Position numbers and translations under genes: made by a program
The notes under the pieces: model-generated
The model's database searches: none
What the model was told of the DNA's origin: nothing
What the model saw: only the letters and a program-made list of their open reading frames with translations
Part shown: one piece after another, positions 20,273-31,313 of the stretch
Layout: each line of letters starts with the position of its first letter
Position numbering within the stretch: the first letter of the stretch is position 1
Assembly: GCA_963722515.1 (NCBI GenBank)
Contig: CAVRMA010000003.1
Span: 186,635-250,634, forward strand
DNA length: 64,000 nucleotides
Source: an uncultured Alphaproteobacteria bacterium
GTDB taxonomy: Bacteria > Pseudomonadota > Alphaproteobacteria > Rhizobiales > Beijerinckiaceae
Reading direction: 5' to 3'

Positions 20273-21412
20273 CTATCCCTGTCCGGCGCTCGGTTCTTCC
20301 TCGCGCATAGTCATTTCATTGCCGTGCCAGACGAAATCATCGGTGATCCATGCGTCGATGTAGATGACCGGGAGTATCAGGTCGCGTAACACGAAAAGCA
20401 ATGGCATGCGCCACGAGAAATGCCATCTGTTTTGACGCGCAAGAAGCGCTTCCGGACAATACCAGGCGAGCGCGGCGCCGAGCGCCGCCGCGGCCACGTT
20501 TAAATCCAGCATCGAAGCGGCGTAGGCCGCGGCCAAGCAAGGCAAGGCGGCTCCCGCGACGATTTCAGGCGCGTAAAACAGCGGAAAGGTTTTCCGGCGC
20601 ATTCGCGCCCAGCGCACCTGCCGCAGCCAGACATCGCGAAAGCCGCGAAAGCCGAGCGGCTGTTCGAAAGGGCTATCGACGAGATTGACGCAGAGCCCTT
20701 GGCGGTGCACGAGCTTCGTCGACGCGGCGTCCTCCGCGATCTCGGCGGCGAGCGCGCGAATCCCGCCGCCCTTTTCCATCACCTCGCGCCGCCACAACAT
20801 GTTCTTGCCCTGGGCGAAACCCAATCCCATGGCTTCGGCGCAATATTGCCAGCGCGCCTCGAAGGTGTTGAGAAAAGAGCATTCGAGTTCGGCCCAGAGA
20901 TTTCGCGGCCGCGAGCCCAGTGGCATGGAGCAGACAAGACCAGTACGGCGCCGCCAGCTTGCCAGGAGGCGCTGTATATAATCCTCCGGCATCAATACAT
21001 TGGCGTCGGCGAGAATGATCCAATTGTGGCGGGCTGCGTCCCATCCGCGCACGCAATTGTTCAGCTTTGGATTGGGGCTCACCTGTTCGTCGCCCACGAT
21101 CACCCGCGCCGGCCGGTCAGGATGGCGCGCGATCAGACGCTGGACAAGGGGCAGGACTGGATCGTTCGCATGTGCGACGCAAAAAATAATCTCGTAGGCT
21201 GGATAATCGAGCCGGAAACTCGATTCCAATGTCTCTTCGCAGAAATTATCGAGGCCGCAAACGGGCCGCACCACGGAGACCCCTGGGGCGGCGCGCGGAG
21301 GCGGAAGGGGTGCCAGCCTGGGCTTTGCCCGGATCGCGGCTAGCCCGATACTGATCAGATTGAGAAACGTCAAAAACAGGCAAAACCCCGCCGCCGCATA
21401 TGCCATCGCCAT
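20273..21412 (-). CDS. Ceramide glucosyltransferase-like glycosyltransferase (GT21/GT2)
   Basis: RPVCGLD, NPKLNN, ADANV, AEDAA, RQVRWAR (QxxRW). Confidence 0.88.
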   Translation of the reverse strand: MAMAYAAAGFCLFLTFLNLISIGLAAIRAKPRLAPLPPPRAAPGVSVVRPVCGLDNFCEETLESSFRLDYPAYEIIFCVAHANDPVLPLVQRLIARHPDRPARVIVGDEQVSPNPKLNNCVRGWDAARHNWIILADANVLMPEDYIQRLLASWRRRTGLVCSMPLGSRPRNLWAELECSFLNTFEARWQYCAEAMGLGFAQGKNMLWRREVMEKGGGIRALAAEIAEDAASTKLVHRQGLCVNLVDSPFEQPLGFRGFRDVWLRQVRWARMRRKTFPLFYAPEIVAGAALPCLAAAYAASMLDLNVAAAALGAALAWYCPEALLARQNRWHFSWRMPLLFVLRDLILPVIYIDAWITDDFVWHGNEMTMREEEPSAGQG

Positions 21413-21537
21413 TGTCAGGCTCCCGGGCTAGTATCTATCAAAGGCATGCGGCATTCGGCTCCGGTGAGTTACGCTAAGCAGCTCGCTTTCGATGGTTCGA
21501 CGCGTATGTTCGTGGTTTCATAACTCTTGGGAAACTC

Positions 21538-22890
21538 ATGCCGCATCCAATCGTCCGCTTCGCTCCATCGCCGACCGGCCGCATTCACATTGGCAACGCG
21601 CGGACGGCGCTTTTGAACTTCCTCTACGCAAAAAAACACCATGGCGAATTTATACTTCGGTTCGATGACACCGATGTGGAACGTTCCAAGGAAGAGTTCG
21701 CCCAGGCGATCGAGGTCGATCTCGCCTGGCTCGGGATTGTGCCGGATGCGGTTTTGCGCCAGTCGGGGCGTTTCGCGCTTTACCGCGCCGCCGCCGCAAA
21801 ACTGCGCGACGCCGGACGGCTTTATCCTTGCTACGAAACCGCAGAAGAACTCGACCGCAAACGCAAGCGCCAGTTAGCGCGCGGCCTGCCCCCGGTCTAT
21901 GATAGGGCCGCGCTCGCACTTTCAGGCCCGGAACGGGCACGCCTTGAGGCCGAGGGCCGACGGCCGCACTGGCGCTTCAAACTCGGCCACGAAATCGTGC
22001 GCTGGACCGATCTCGTGCGTGGCGACAGCCATATCGATTGCGCCTCACTGTCCGACCCTGTGTTATTGCGCGAGGATGGAACTTATCTCTACACATTGCC
22101 GTCGGTCACGGACGACATCGAGAGCAAAATCACCCATATTATCCGGGGCGAAGACCATGTGACCAATACGGCGGTTCAAATGCAGCTTTTCGAGGTTTTG
22201 GCCGGGCCGGGCAAGTTCCCATACTTCGCGCACCACAACCTTTTGTCTTCGGCGAGCGGCGAAGCGCTCTCAAAACGTTCCGGCGCGTTGTCGATCGGGA
22301 CATTGCGTGATTCCGGAATCGAATCGCTCGCCGTCGCGGCGGCGGCGGTTCTGACCGGATCTTCCGTGGCGGCGCACCCGGTTGACAGCCTTGACGAATT
22401 GGCGGCTTCGCTCGATCTCGCGAAGCTCTCCCGGACGGTTGCGCGGTTCGATCCCGCCGAACTCGCCGCGCTGTCGGCGCGCACGCTGCATGAGTTAAGT
22501 TTTGACGCGGTGCGTGACAGGCTCAAGGCGTATGATATCGCCGGCCACAAGGCGAAGCCTTTCTGGCTCGCCACGCGCGGCAATCTTTCGGCTTTTCTCG
22601 ATGTGGTTGGCTGGTGGCGGGTCGTCGAAGGCGAGATCGCGCCGGTCGTCGAGGAGGCCGGGTTCCTGGCGGCGGCCCGCGATACCCTGCCCACTGAGCC
22701 TTGGGACGAAACCGTCTGGACGAATTGGACCAAGGCGTTGAAGGATGCCACCGGACGCAAGGGGAAGGCGCTGTTTCATCCCTTGCGTCTCGCCCTGACC
22801 GGCCGCGACAACGGACCCGAGCTCGCGGCGCTTTTGCCTTTGATCGGCAAAACTAAAGCGGCGGCACGATTATCCGGACATGCCGCTTGA
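21538..22890 (+). CDS. gltX: Glutamate--tRNA ligase
   Basis: [32 protein letters not shown]. Confidence 0.96.
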   Translation: MPHPIVRFAPSPTGRIHIGNARTALLNFLYAKKHHGEFILRFDDTDVERSKEEFAQAIEVDLAWLGIVPDAVLRQSGRFALYRAAAAKLRDAGRLYPCYETAEELDRKRKRQLARGLPPVYDRAALALSGPERARLEAEGRRPHWRFKLGHEIVRWTDLVRGDSHIDCASLSDPVLLREDGTYLYTLPSVTDDIESKITHIIRGEDHVTNTAVQMQLFEVLAGPGKFPYFAHHNLLSSASGEALSKRSGALSIGTLRDSGIESLAVAAAAVLTGSSVAAHPVDSLDELAASLDLAKLSRTVARFDPAELAALSARTLHELSFDAVRDRLKAYDIAGHKAKPFWLATRGNLSAFLDVVGWWRVVEGEIAPVVEEAGFLAAARDTLPTEPWDETVWTNWTKALKDATGRKGKALFHPLRLALTGRDNGPELAALLPLIGKTKAAARLSGHAA

Positions 22891-23968
22891 CTCCGTCGGG
22901 GCCAGGGACCTCCTGGGTCAGGGCTTCCCCTTCGGTGTTCGCGGAATTCTTCCCCGTCTGGTCTTCCTTGGCCGCGGAAGGTCGCGCGCCTGGCCCCGGT
23001 GGCGCCGCCTTTTCGAATTTCGGCTTTGCCAATTCCGCCGATTTTTCGGGAGTGACCACGATATCGCTTTTGCGTTCGCGTCCAAGTATCTGTTCGGCTC
23101 CCTCAAGCGCCTCGGCCCAGGATTGCCCAGCCGGTTTGCAGGTGCAGGCAGGATCGAAAGTTTTCTCGAATTTCAGGGCGTTGGGCAAATCGGAATAGGG
23201 CGTGTCGCCGTCGAGCGCAACGGCGGTATTGATGTCCTGGCTGGGGGAACGTGTATAGACGCTGGCCGCGGTATTCGGGCAGAGGGCCTGGCAAAGGCCG
23301 GTCAGTTGGCCTGGATCGCTTTGCCTCACCGATAGGTTGAGCGGGAAAAATCCACCATCGCAGTCGCGTACGCACAAAGCCTGCGAACCGCCGTGTGGAG
23401 TGAGGCCTTCGCCGGGCAGAGGGCGGACCTCTTCGATCCGGGGCTGTTGATCTAAAGAGAACGGATTTGGATTGGGTGCAAAGATGCCGAAAAGCGTTTC
23501 GAAAAAACCCCGCTCGCGCGGGGGGGCGGTAGCCTGGGCTTGGCCGCGGCAATAGGCATTGTAACGCGCGGTCAGCTGCTGCCTTGCCGCTGCATTGCCG
23601 GCGGGATTCCCGCCTCCTTGGTATTGGGCAAGGTTCGCCTGCATTTGTTGAATTTGCGCGTTAAGGCCCGGGCATTGCGGCGGCGCGTCGAACAAAAAGA
23701 ATTGGCTCCGGTCGCAGCCGAGCGCACGCGCATTCCGGATCGTGCGATCGAGGTCCGCGCGCTGTTTTTGCGCGGCGCCGCCATTGTGGTTCGAAGGCGT
23801 CTGGCTGCCTTCGCCGAGCGCGCCGATCCGCGCCGCTAGTTCTCCGCAACCGGCCGGTTGCGCAGAGGCAGGACCCAGGGAGAGGACGAGGGTCACACTG
23901 CCCATGGCAATCCTTAAGCAGGCGCCAAAACGCGTGAATGATTCTCTAAGGGCGCGGCCGGATTGCAT
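22853..23968 (-). CDS. DUF2865-domain secreted protein
   Basis: [30 protein letters not shown] motifs; start uncertain. Confidence 0.85.
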   Translation of the reverse strand: MQSGRALRESFTRFGACLRIAMGSVTLVLSLGPASAQPAGCGELAARIGALGEGSQTPSNHNGGAAQKQRADLDRTIRNARALGCDRSQFFLFDAPPQCPGLNAQIQQMQANLAQYQGGGNPAGNAAARQQLTARYNAYCRGQAQATAPPRERGFFETLFGIFAPNPNPFSLDQQPRIEEVRPLPGEGLTPHGGSQALCVRDCDGGFFPLNLSVRQSDPGQLTGLCQALCPNTAASVYTRSPSQDINTAVALDGDTPYSDLPNALKFEKTFDPACTCKPAGQSWAEALEGAEQILGRERKSDIVVTPEKSAELAKPKFEKAAPPGPGARPSAAKEDQTGKNSANTEGEALTQEVPGPDGVKRHVRIIVPPL

Positions 23969-24312
23969 GCACGTCTCTTCGGGCGCTTGGGGGGTCACTT
24001 GCCAAGCCGGTCTTCACATTGGACAATTAGTTTGGTGTCCCTTCGTGGCCTTAACATGACCACATCTAGTGCGGCCAGGTCCGGGAGGCGGGACAGGACG
24101 AACATCGCGAAACCGGAAAGTCACGAATTTCGACTGCTATATGGCAAATGATGTCATCAAACACTTTATAATCCGGCATGGAGCAGACGGGCGTGCTCGC
24201 CGCGCTTCGAAAATAAAGCGGCGTGCTGACAAGGGCCGACCAAACTCGGCCGGGGTCATTGTCCGGCAAAGTGTGGTGGCTTGAGGGACTCTTGATTATC
24301 CTCTGTCGCGAG

Positions 24313-24681
24313 CTAGTTGACACGGTCGCCGCAGGTGACGTGGAAGGAGCCAGGCTCGATGTTGGATCGCGACGCCTCGTCTAACGTGCCTGCCACCTCA
24401 TCTGCCGGTCCAAAGCCGTTCGAGCCGGCAAATCCATGCGCCTTGCACCAGGCATCCGCCACGACAAGGCCGCACTGCGAACCCGGCTTAAGACATTCCT
24501 CGAAACCATAGCCGTCATTTGGCGGAATGATCAATGTCCGGCTTTCGTTCGCTCCCGCGGGAATTTTGAGGGCTAGCGCAGCCAAAATTCCGCCGAGGAG
24601 GAAAAGCACAAGGCGAAGCAACTTGCGGTGGCCGCGCGCGGCGAGAGTTATTTTAGCGATCGGTGGGAACAAAATCGACAT
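24313..24681 (-). CDS. Conserved exported Cys-rich hypothetical protein
   Basis: Hydrophobic segment then NDGYGFEECL...CGLVVADAWCKAHG. Confidence 0.7.
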   Translation of the reverse strand: MSILFPPIAKITLAARGHRKLLRLVLFLLGGILAALALKIPAGANESRTLIIPPNDGYGFEECLKPGSQCGLVVADAWCKAHGFAGSNGFGPADEVAGTLDEASRSNIEPGSFHVTCGDRVN

Positions 24682-24963
24682 GCAAATCTCAAGAATTGGC
24701 GGGAACCGGGAGGATATCTATAGCGAAAGCGCTTGAAAATTTTGTTAATGCGCCGGCGGGATCCGGCCAACAAAGCGCCAAGCTTGACCAATAGAGCATT
24801 CCGCGCGCATAGTCACGCCATGACGCACTTGACCGGCGCTTGCCGGACGATCATTTCGATCACTATTTGTAACGCCTAGCCTTGCCCCTGGCTGGAGCCG
24901 TCGCGTCTTCATGAAAGAGTTCGTCCTTGATGCCCCAGGCCAGAGCAGGCACAAGGGGAGCAT

Positions 24964-26616
24964 ATGCCGTTGCGGCTTTACAATACGCTGACCCGCCAGA
25001 AAGAAATTTTCGCGCCGATCGATCGCGCGAATGTGCGGCTCTACGCCTGCGGCCCGACGGTGTACGATCATTTGCACATCGGCAATGGGCGAATGCTGAT
25101 CGTCTTCGACGTGCTTTTCCGTCTGCTGCGCCGTGAATACGGCCCGGATTGTGTCACCTACGTCCGCAACATCACCGACGTCGACGACAAGATCAATGCC
25201 CGCGCGGCGGAGCGCGGGGTCGATATCCGCGTGCTGACGGATCAAATGACGAAGGTTTTTCACGAGGACACCAAGGCGCTCGGCTGCTTGCCGCCAACCG
25301 TCGAGCCCCGCGCGACGGAGCATATCGCCGAGATGATCGCACTCATCGAAAAGCTTATCACCAAGGGCCAAGCCTATGAGACGCTAGAACTTAATTCTGG
25401 CGATCACCATGTGCTGTTCGATGTGCGCTCGATGCCTGCTTACGGTCACCTCTCGAAGCGTTCGCTCGACGAAATGATCGCGGGCGCGCGGGTCGAGGTC
25501 GCGCCTTATAAGCGCGGGCCGATGGATTTTGTCCTGTGGAAGCCTTCGAGCCCCGGCGAGCCCGGCTGGGAAAGCCCCTGGGGACGCGGACGGCCCGGCT
25601 GGCACATCGAATGTTCGGCAATGAGCTGGAAACATCTGGGCGAAATGTTCGATATTCACGGCGGCGGCATCGACCTCCTTTTCCCGCATCACGAAAACGA
25701 AATGGCGCAAAGCTGCTCGGCCTTTGGGCATGACGTCATGGCCAATTTTTGGATGCACAACGGCCATCTCCAGGTCGAAGGCGAAAAAATGTCAAAAAGC
25801 CTTGGGAATTTCGTGACGATCCACGAGCTTCTCAATACCGATAAATTCGGCGGCCGTTCCTGGCCGGGCGACGTGCTGCGGCTCGCGATTTTGAAAACGC
25901 ACTACCGCCAGCCGATCGATTTCACGGTGAGAGCGTTGGAGGAGGCTCGCAGCGAATTGAAGTCCTGGGCAAATCAGCTCGCACACACCGATGCGATGAA
26001 CTTGTCCATCGGACAGCGCGGTTGTGGCAATCCCCCGATGCCTTCTGAGGAAGTTCTCGCTTCTCTAATGGATGATCTGAACACACCGAAAGCTCTTACC
26101 GAGCTACGTTCTATCTTCTCGCGACTTTTGAACGGTGATGTTACAGCTCACTATTCACTTATTCAAAGCTGCGAATTTCTCGGCTTACTTCGCGCAGATC
26201 GGCTATCTATCTACTCGGACCCCGTAATAACGGGGGAAGCGGCAATTTCTCCAGCTCAGTACCAATATATAGAGGAAATTCAGACTGCAATCGCAAATGA
26301 CAATCACGAACGAAAGGTAGAGCTGATTACGAATCTCGCACATTGGGGTGTGAAGGTCGTCGCCCAAGAATATGGTGCGGTTAGCTACGAAGTTATGGGA
26401 GATGCCGGTCTCGACGTAAAAGCATTGATCGATGCGCGCAATGCCGCCCGCGCGACGAAAAACTGGGCGAAGGCGGACCGTATCCGCGATGAACTCGCCA
26501 AGAAAGGTATCACGCTCCAGGACCACGAGGATGGAAGCACCACAGCACATGTTTATCTCACTGCGAGGAGCCAGGGCGCAGCCATGGCTACCGCGACCCC
26601 CAGGGTGAAGAAATGA
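24964..26616 (+). CDS. cysS: Cysteine--tRNA ligase with low-GC insert in the C-terminal region
   Basis: CGPTVYD, HIGN, GRPGWHIECSAM, PHHENE, KMSKSLGN, DDLNTP, ADRIRDEL. Confidence 0.97.
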   Translation: MPLRLYNTLTRQKEIFAPIDRANVRLYACGPTVYDHLHIGNGRMLIVFDVLFRLLRREYGPDCVTYVRNITDVDDKINARAAERGVDIRVLTDQMTKVFHEDTKALGCLPPTVEPRATEHIAEMIALIEKLITKGQAYETLELNSGDHHVLFDVRSMPAYGHLSKRSLDEMIAGARVEVAPYKRGPMDFVLWKPSSPGEPGWESPWGRGRPGWHIECSAMSWKHLGEMFDIHGGGIDLLFPHHENEMAQSCSAFGHDVMANFWMHNGHLQVEGEKMSKSLGNFVTIHELLNTDKFGGRSWPGDVLRLAILKTHYRQPIDFTVRALEEARSELKSWANQLAHTDAMNLSIGQRGCGNPPMPSEEVLASLMDDLNTPKALTELRSIFSRLLNGDVTAHYSLIQSCEFLGLLRADRLSIYSDPVITGEAAISPAQYQYIEEIQTAIANDNHERKVELITNLAHWGVKVVAQEYGAVSYEVMGDAGLDVKALIDARNAARATKNWAKADRIRDELAKKGITLQDHEDGSTTAHVYLTARSQGAAMATATPRVKK

Positions 26617-27128
26617 GCGCCAGCGCCTTTCCAAAACCTTCCCTGCGGCCTTACCTCGCCTCCGACCTTCCGCTGCTCGCCGAAATCCGGTTCGCGGCCA
26701 TCGAGGAATTGACCGTCGAGGATTACGATGAGGCGCAGCGGCGCGCCTGGGCCTCGGCAGGCGCCGACGAGGAGGCGTTTTCGAAGAGTCTCGCAAAGGG
26801 TTTGACCCTCGTCGCGCTGATCGGCGGCGGCCCGGTTGGTTTTATCTCACTTCACGACGGGAGCCTGATTGATCAGCTTTATGTCCATCCAGCCGTCGCC
26901 CGCACCGGCGTCGCGAGCGCGCTCATTGAGGCGATTGAAAAACTCGCCGCCGCGCGCGGCACGGCCACGCTCGCGACCAATGCCAGCGACACCGCAAAAC
27001 CCTTATTCGAGGCGCGTGGCTATCAAGCGATGCATCGCAACACGATCGAGATCGATGGCGAATATCTTGGCAATACGCACATGACAAAAGCGCTGGCGCC
27101 TAAATCCGCGCCGGATGGACGGCGATGA
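26613..27128 (+). CDS. GNAT-family N-acetyltransferase
   Basis: IDQLYVHPAVARTGVASAL, ASDTAKPLFEARGY. Confidence 0.9.
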   Translation: MSASAFPKPSLRPYLASDLPLLAEIRFAAIEELTVEDYDEAQRRAWASAGADEEAFSKSLAKGLTLVALIGGGPVGFISLHDGSLIDQLYVHPAVARTGVASALIEAIEKLAAARGTATLATNASDTAKPLFEARGYQAMHRNTIEIDGEYLGNTHMTKALAPKSAPDGRR

Positions 27129-28720
27129 CCCGCGAAAAGCTCACCTTGTTCGACACGACCTTGCGCGACGGCGCGCAAATGGCGGGCGTCGACTTCTCGC
27201 TCGCCGACAAACGCCACATCGCGGCGCTGCTCGACGGTCTCGGCCTCGATTATATCGAGGGCGGCTATCCCGGCGCGAATCCGCTCGATACGGAATTTTT
27301 CGCGCAAAGGCCCCAATTGAAAACCGCGCGTTTCGCGGCGTTCGGCATGACCAAAAGGGCTGGCCGCTCCGCCGCCAATGATCCAGGTCTTGCAAGCCTC
27401 CTAAACGCCGATGCCGACGTCATCACCTTCGTGGCCAAGGCATGGGATTTTCATGTTCAATTGGTGCTCGGCTGCACCCTTGACGAGAATCTCGAAAACA
27501 TCCGCCAGTCGATCGAGGCGGCCCTTGCGAAAGGCCGCGAGCCGATCCTCGACTGCGAGCATTTCTTTGACGGCTTCAAAGCCAACCGCGACTATGCGCT
27601 GTCCTGCGCGGCGGCAGCTTATGCGGCCGGAGCCCGCTATGTCGTGCTCTGCGACACCAATGGCGGAACGCTCCCGCATGAGATCGCAAAAATTGTCGAG
27701 GAAGTTGCCGCGCAAGTGCCGGGCTCGCACCTCGGCATTCATGCGCACGACGACACCGGCAACGCGGTCGCCAATTCGCTCGCCGCCGTTCGCGCCGGGG
27801 CGCGGCACATTCAAGGCGCGCTGAACGGGCTCGGCGAGCGGTGCGGCAACGCCAATCTCGTCTCGCTGATCCCAACGCTTTTGTTGAAGCGCGATTTTGC
27901 GGAACAATTCGAAATCGGCGTGACGCCGGAAAAGCTCGCCACGCTCACCAAGGTCAGTCACACTCTCGACGAATTGCTCAATCGCGCGCCCGACCGGCAC
28001 GCGCCCTATGTCGGCGCCTCGGCTTTCGCGACGAAAGCTGGAATCCACGCCTCGGCGGTGATGAAGGAGCCAAAAACTTACGAGCATATCGTGCCAGAGG
28101 CGGTCGGCAACAAGCGCCGGCTTCTGGTGTCGGACCAGGCGGGGAAATCGAATATTCTCGCGGAGCTAGAACGGATCGGGGTGCGTCTCGACAAAGAGGA
28201 TTCCCGGCTCGCGCGCGTTCTCGACGAGGTCAAGCAAAAGGAATCGCTTGGCTACGCCTATGAGGGCGCGGATGCCTCGTTCGAGCTGCTGGCCCGCCGG
28301 ATTCTCGGGCAGGTGCCGGACTATTTCGAGGTCGAACGCTTTCGCGTCGATGTCGAGCGCCGCCACAACGCGCAAGGCGAACTTGTCTCCGTGGCGGAGG
28401 CGGTCGTCAAGGTGCGCATCGGCGGCGAAACCCTGATCTCGGCCGCCGAAGGCGAGGGGCCGGTCAATGCGCTCGATCTCGCGCTGAGAAAAGATCTCGG
28501 CAAATATCAGCGCTTTATCGAAGACCTCGAACTCGTCGATTTTCGCGTTCGCATTTTTAAGGGCGGAACCGACGCGGTAACCAGGGTGTTGATCGAGTTT
28601 CGCGACGGTTCTGGAGAGAGCTGGTCGACGGCAGGCGTCTCCGCCAATATCATCGACGCGTCGTTCCAGGCGCTGACCGACGCGATCACCTACAAGCTTC
28701 TAAAATCCGGCGCGCGATAA
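27125..28720 (+). CDS. cimA: Citramalate synthase
   Basis: DTTLRDGAQ, EGGYPGANP, CDTNGG, GERCGN, GIHASAV. Confidence 0.92.
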   Translation: MTREKLTLFDTTLRDGAQMAGVDFSLADKRHIAALLDGLGLDYIEGGYPGANPLDTEFFAQRPQLKTARFAAFGMTKRAGRSAANDPGLASLLNADADVITFVAKAWDFHVQLVLGCTLDENLENIRQSIEAALAKGREPILDCEHFFDGFKANRDYALSCAAAAYAAGARYVVLCDTNGGTLPHEIAKIVEEVAAQVPGSHLGIHAHDDTGNAVANSLAAVRAGARHIQGALNGLGERCGNANLVSLIPTLLLKRDFAEQFEIGVTPEKLATLTKVSHTLDELLNRAPDRHAPYVGASAFATKAGIHASAVMKEPKTYEHIVPEAVGNKRRLLVSDQAGKSNILAELERIGVRLDKEDSRLARVLDEVKQKESLGYAYEGADASFELLARRILGQVPDYFEVERFRVDVERRHNAQGELVSVAEAVVKVRIGGETLISAAEGEGPVNALDLALRKDLGKYQRFIEDLELVDFRVRIFKGGTDAVTRVLIEFRDGSGESWSTAGVSANIIDASFQALTDAITYKLLKSGAR

Positions 28721-28770
28721 GGGCAAACGGGTTTGCGCCGCCGTGATTGCGCGAAGGCGCATCCTAAAAG

Positions 28771-29250
28771 CTACTGGGCCACCGGCACGAGGCTCGCGAT
28801 GGCCGGACCTGAAGACTTGAGCGCGGCGGCAAGCCCCTGCGGATCATCGGTGCCGATCCGGCGAATGTCTCCAGTCTTGAGGCGGAGTTCGACTGCATCG
28901 AACCCGGAGACGTTATAGAGGCGCCAGCCTGGAAGCATCCTGATTCCAAAACCGTTCAGCCAAGTGTTGCGCACAATCCGGATGCCTTCGATATCCGAGA
29001 GCGCGACGCGATAATCCCAAAGCCCTGGCCCGAAATACCAGCGAATCTCGGTGCCGCTCACTTCTACTGTCAGGGACGAGAAGAGCCACGCCAACCCACA
29101 ACACAGAGCGAATGGCACAAACAGCCACCAAGGCCAATGTCCCAATCGAAGCCTCATCGCCAAGATCGGTAACCCGGAAGGAAGAGCCGCAGGCGACAAC
29201 ACCGTCAGCATCAAGGTGCCGGGCTGCGTGTGATGATAATGCCCGGCCAT
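28771..29250 (-). CDS. Membrane protein with PH-like domain
   Basis: Two TM helices, SLTVEV, GFGIR, LYNVSG, IGTDDP. Confidence 0.7.
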   Translation of the reverse strand: MAGHYHHTQPGTLMLTVLSPAALPSGLPILAMRLRLGHWPWWLFVPFALCCGLAWLFSSLTVEVSGTEIRWYFGPGLWDYRVALSDIEGIRIVRNTWLNGFGIRMLPGWRLYNVSGFDAVELRLKTGDIRRIGTDDPQGLAAALKSSGPAIASLVPVAQ

Positions 29251-29386
29251 GACCTCTTTCCGCAATGACCATTGCAGCTTGAACCGGCATCCACCATACG
29301 ACGGCCTTGCTTACGCTAAGCTTGCTTCTGTCAACGGATTTTGGCAAGGCCAATTCCTCGCCACAGGGGCTCCCGCGCGTCTGGGT

Positions 29387-30448
29387 CTAATTCTCGTTCG
29401 TATATTGCAAGATGAACCCATGCGGAAGGCCTCGTGGGGGAGCGGGAAAAGGCGCCGCGCTGCGGACCGCCGCGAAATAGGCGGCGTCGAGGACCGGATC
29501 GCCGCTCGCCCGGTAGACCGCCTGATGGGTCAGATTGCCCAATTCATCGACGAAAAGGCCTATTTGTCCGACGTGAATCAGATGGCTTGCGCGGACCGAT
29601 GGCGGAAGATGCACTCGGCGGGTTATCAATCCCATCAGCAAGGATTCATAGCTCGCCTTTTCGGTTCCGCCACTAATCGGCGCGGCCTTGGCCGCGGCTC
29701 CGAGCGAATAATTAGGCGCGGGGGACAAAGCGGCGAGCTGTTGCGCCACCGTGACATTTTTGCCTTGGGCGGGGGGGCTCTTGCTTTGTCGAGGGCTCTG
29801 TTTCTCTTGGGGCTTTGCCGGCGGCTCTGGCTGCGCCTTGTCGAGAGCCTCGGCGTCCGGCGTGTCATCGGCCAGCTTTTGCAGCTCCGCTGGCGGCGAC
29901 GGCTTGGCCGCCTTTTCGTTTGACGCGGTTGCGGCTTTCTCTTGTTCGGGCTTTTCTTGGGCAGGCTGTGGAGCCGCGAGCTTGGGCGGTGGTGCCACGC
30001 GAGACGCTTTGGTTTCCTTGTCGGGTTCCCCCTTGTGGGTTTGACCGGCATTGCCCGATACCGGCGCATCGTGTGCGACTTCGACGTCGTCGAGTTGCAC
30101 TTTTTCCGGTGGCGGCTTCTCCTTGACCACGGGCGGGGTCACGAGGTCAGGCGGGGGAATAAGAAGCTTTGCAATTGGTTCGGCCTTCTGCTCGGGAGGC
30201 ATCTCGGCGACGATCTCCACCGGAATATCTTCGTCGAGGGTGGGCTCGCGGGCGATTGAGAAATCCTCGAAAAGAAGGAATGCCAAAATCAATGCGTGGG
30301 CAACCAAACACGCCGCGAGAATGAGGCCGAATGGCCCGCGCGTCTGACGTCCCACCGGAACGGTCAGACGATCCGACGGATCCGCCTTGAAGGCGGCATC
30401 GACGGGTTCGCGATCTAGTGTCACCTCGCCCTCGACATCAACGGCCAT
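29387..30448 (-). CDS. TonB C-terminal-domain protein
   Basis: TM helix with His, Pro/Glu/Lys-rich spacer, SGDPVLDAA...AAPFPAPP. Confidence 0.8.
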   Translation of the reverse strand: MAVDVEGEVTLDREPVDAAFKADPSDRLTVPVGRQTRGPFGLILAACLVAHALILAFLLFEDFSIAREPTLDEDIPVEIVAEMPPEQKAEPIAKLLIPPPDLVTPPVVKEKPPPEKVQLDDVEVAHDAPVSGNAGQTHKGEPDKETKASRVAPPPKLAAPQPAQEKPEQEKAATASNEKAAKPSPPAELQKLADDTPDAEALDKAQPEPPAKPQEKQSPRQSKSPPAQGKNVTVAQQLAALSPAPNYSLGAAAKAAPISGGTEKASYESLLMGLITRRVHLPPSVRASHLIHVGQIGLFVDELGNLTHQAVYRASGDPVLDAAYFAAVRSAAPFPAPPRGLPHGFILQYTNEN

Positions 30449-30493
30449 GGCCCTTTTTTCGCCTGCGCTAGCGTAACTGCCCAAATCAAGCTT

Positions 30494-31129
30494 TCATAAG
30501 CGCGGATCGATGGTCTCCTTGCGCGTGCCTAGAACCGCGGCCTTTGCCGCGGCGGTTTCGATCATCGGCAAAATATCCTCGATCTTTTCGGCAATAAGAT
30601 AGCGGACCTCCAAGGAAGACTGGATAAATCGCCGCTCCCGCATATGCGCGAAAAGCCGCAGCAGCGGCTGCCAAAAGCCGGCGATGTCGGCAATCACGAC
30701 CGGCTTTGTGTGGCGCTCGATCTGGACCCAGGTCAATTGTTCGGCTAGCTCCTCCAAGGTTCCGATGCCGCCAGGCAGCGCGACAAAAGCGTCGGCGCGC
30801 TCGAACATCAAACGCTTACGCTCATGCAAGCTGCCGACGACAAGGCATTCCTGGAGTCCTGGCAGGGGTCCTTCCCAGCCGATCAAAAACTCCGGAATAA
30901 TGCCGGTGACGTGGCCGCCGTTGGCGAGCACCGAGCCGGCGATCGCGCCCATGAGACCGTTAGCGCCGCCACCATAAACGAGGCCGATGCCGGCCTTCGC
31001 CATGGCTTGGCCAAGTTGTCGCGCGGCGGCTTCGTAGACGAGGTCCACGCCTTGGGCGGAGCCGCAGTACACGCAGATGTTGCGTACGAGGCGGGAGCGA
31101 GCCTCGATCGCGATGTGTTTCGATGACAT
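30494..31129 (-). CDS. LOG-family (TIGR00730) phosphoribohydrolase
   Basis: ICVYCGS, VYGGG, GLMG, LPGGIGTLEE. Confidence 0.92.
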   Translation of the reverse strand: MSSKHIAIEARSRLVRNICVYCGSAQGVDLVYEAAARQLGQAMAKAGIGLVYGGGANGLMGAIAGSVLANGGHVTGIIPEFLIGWEGPLPGLQECLVVGSLHERKRLMFERADAFVALPGGIGTLEELAEQLTWVQIERHTKPVVIADIAGFWQPLLRLFAHMRERRFIQSSLEVRYLIAEKIEDILPMIETAAAKAAVLGTRKETIDPRL

Positions 31130-31313
31130 CGTCTGCTTGTCGCCCGCCCGCCCATAGTGGGTCAAGTGAGGCTTCAAACGGCGGCGCGGGGTGTGCTCCC
31201 GTTGCACCGCCGCAGCTGGAAATCATGTAGCGGATCATGGTAATGCGAGATCGAAAAGCCTAGGGGATGATCGCCGGATCGCCGTCTAGGGGTTTGAACG
31301 CTTCCGGTCCCTT

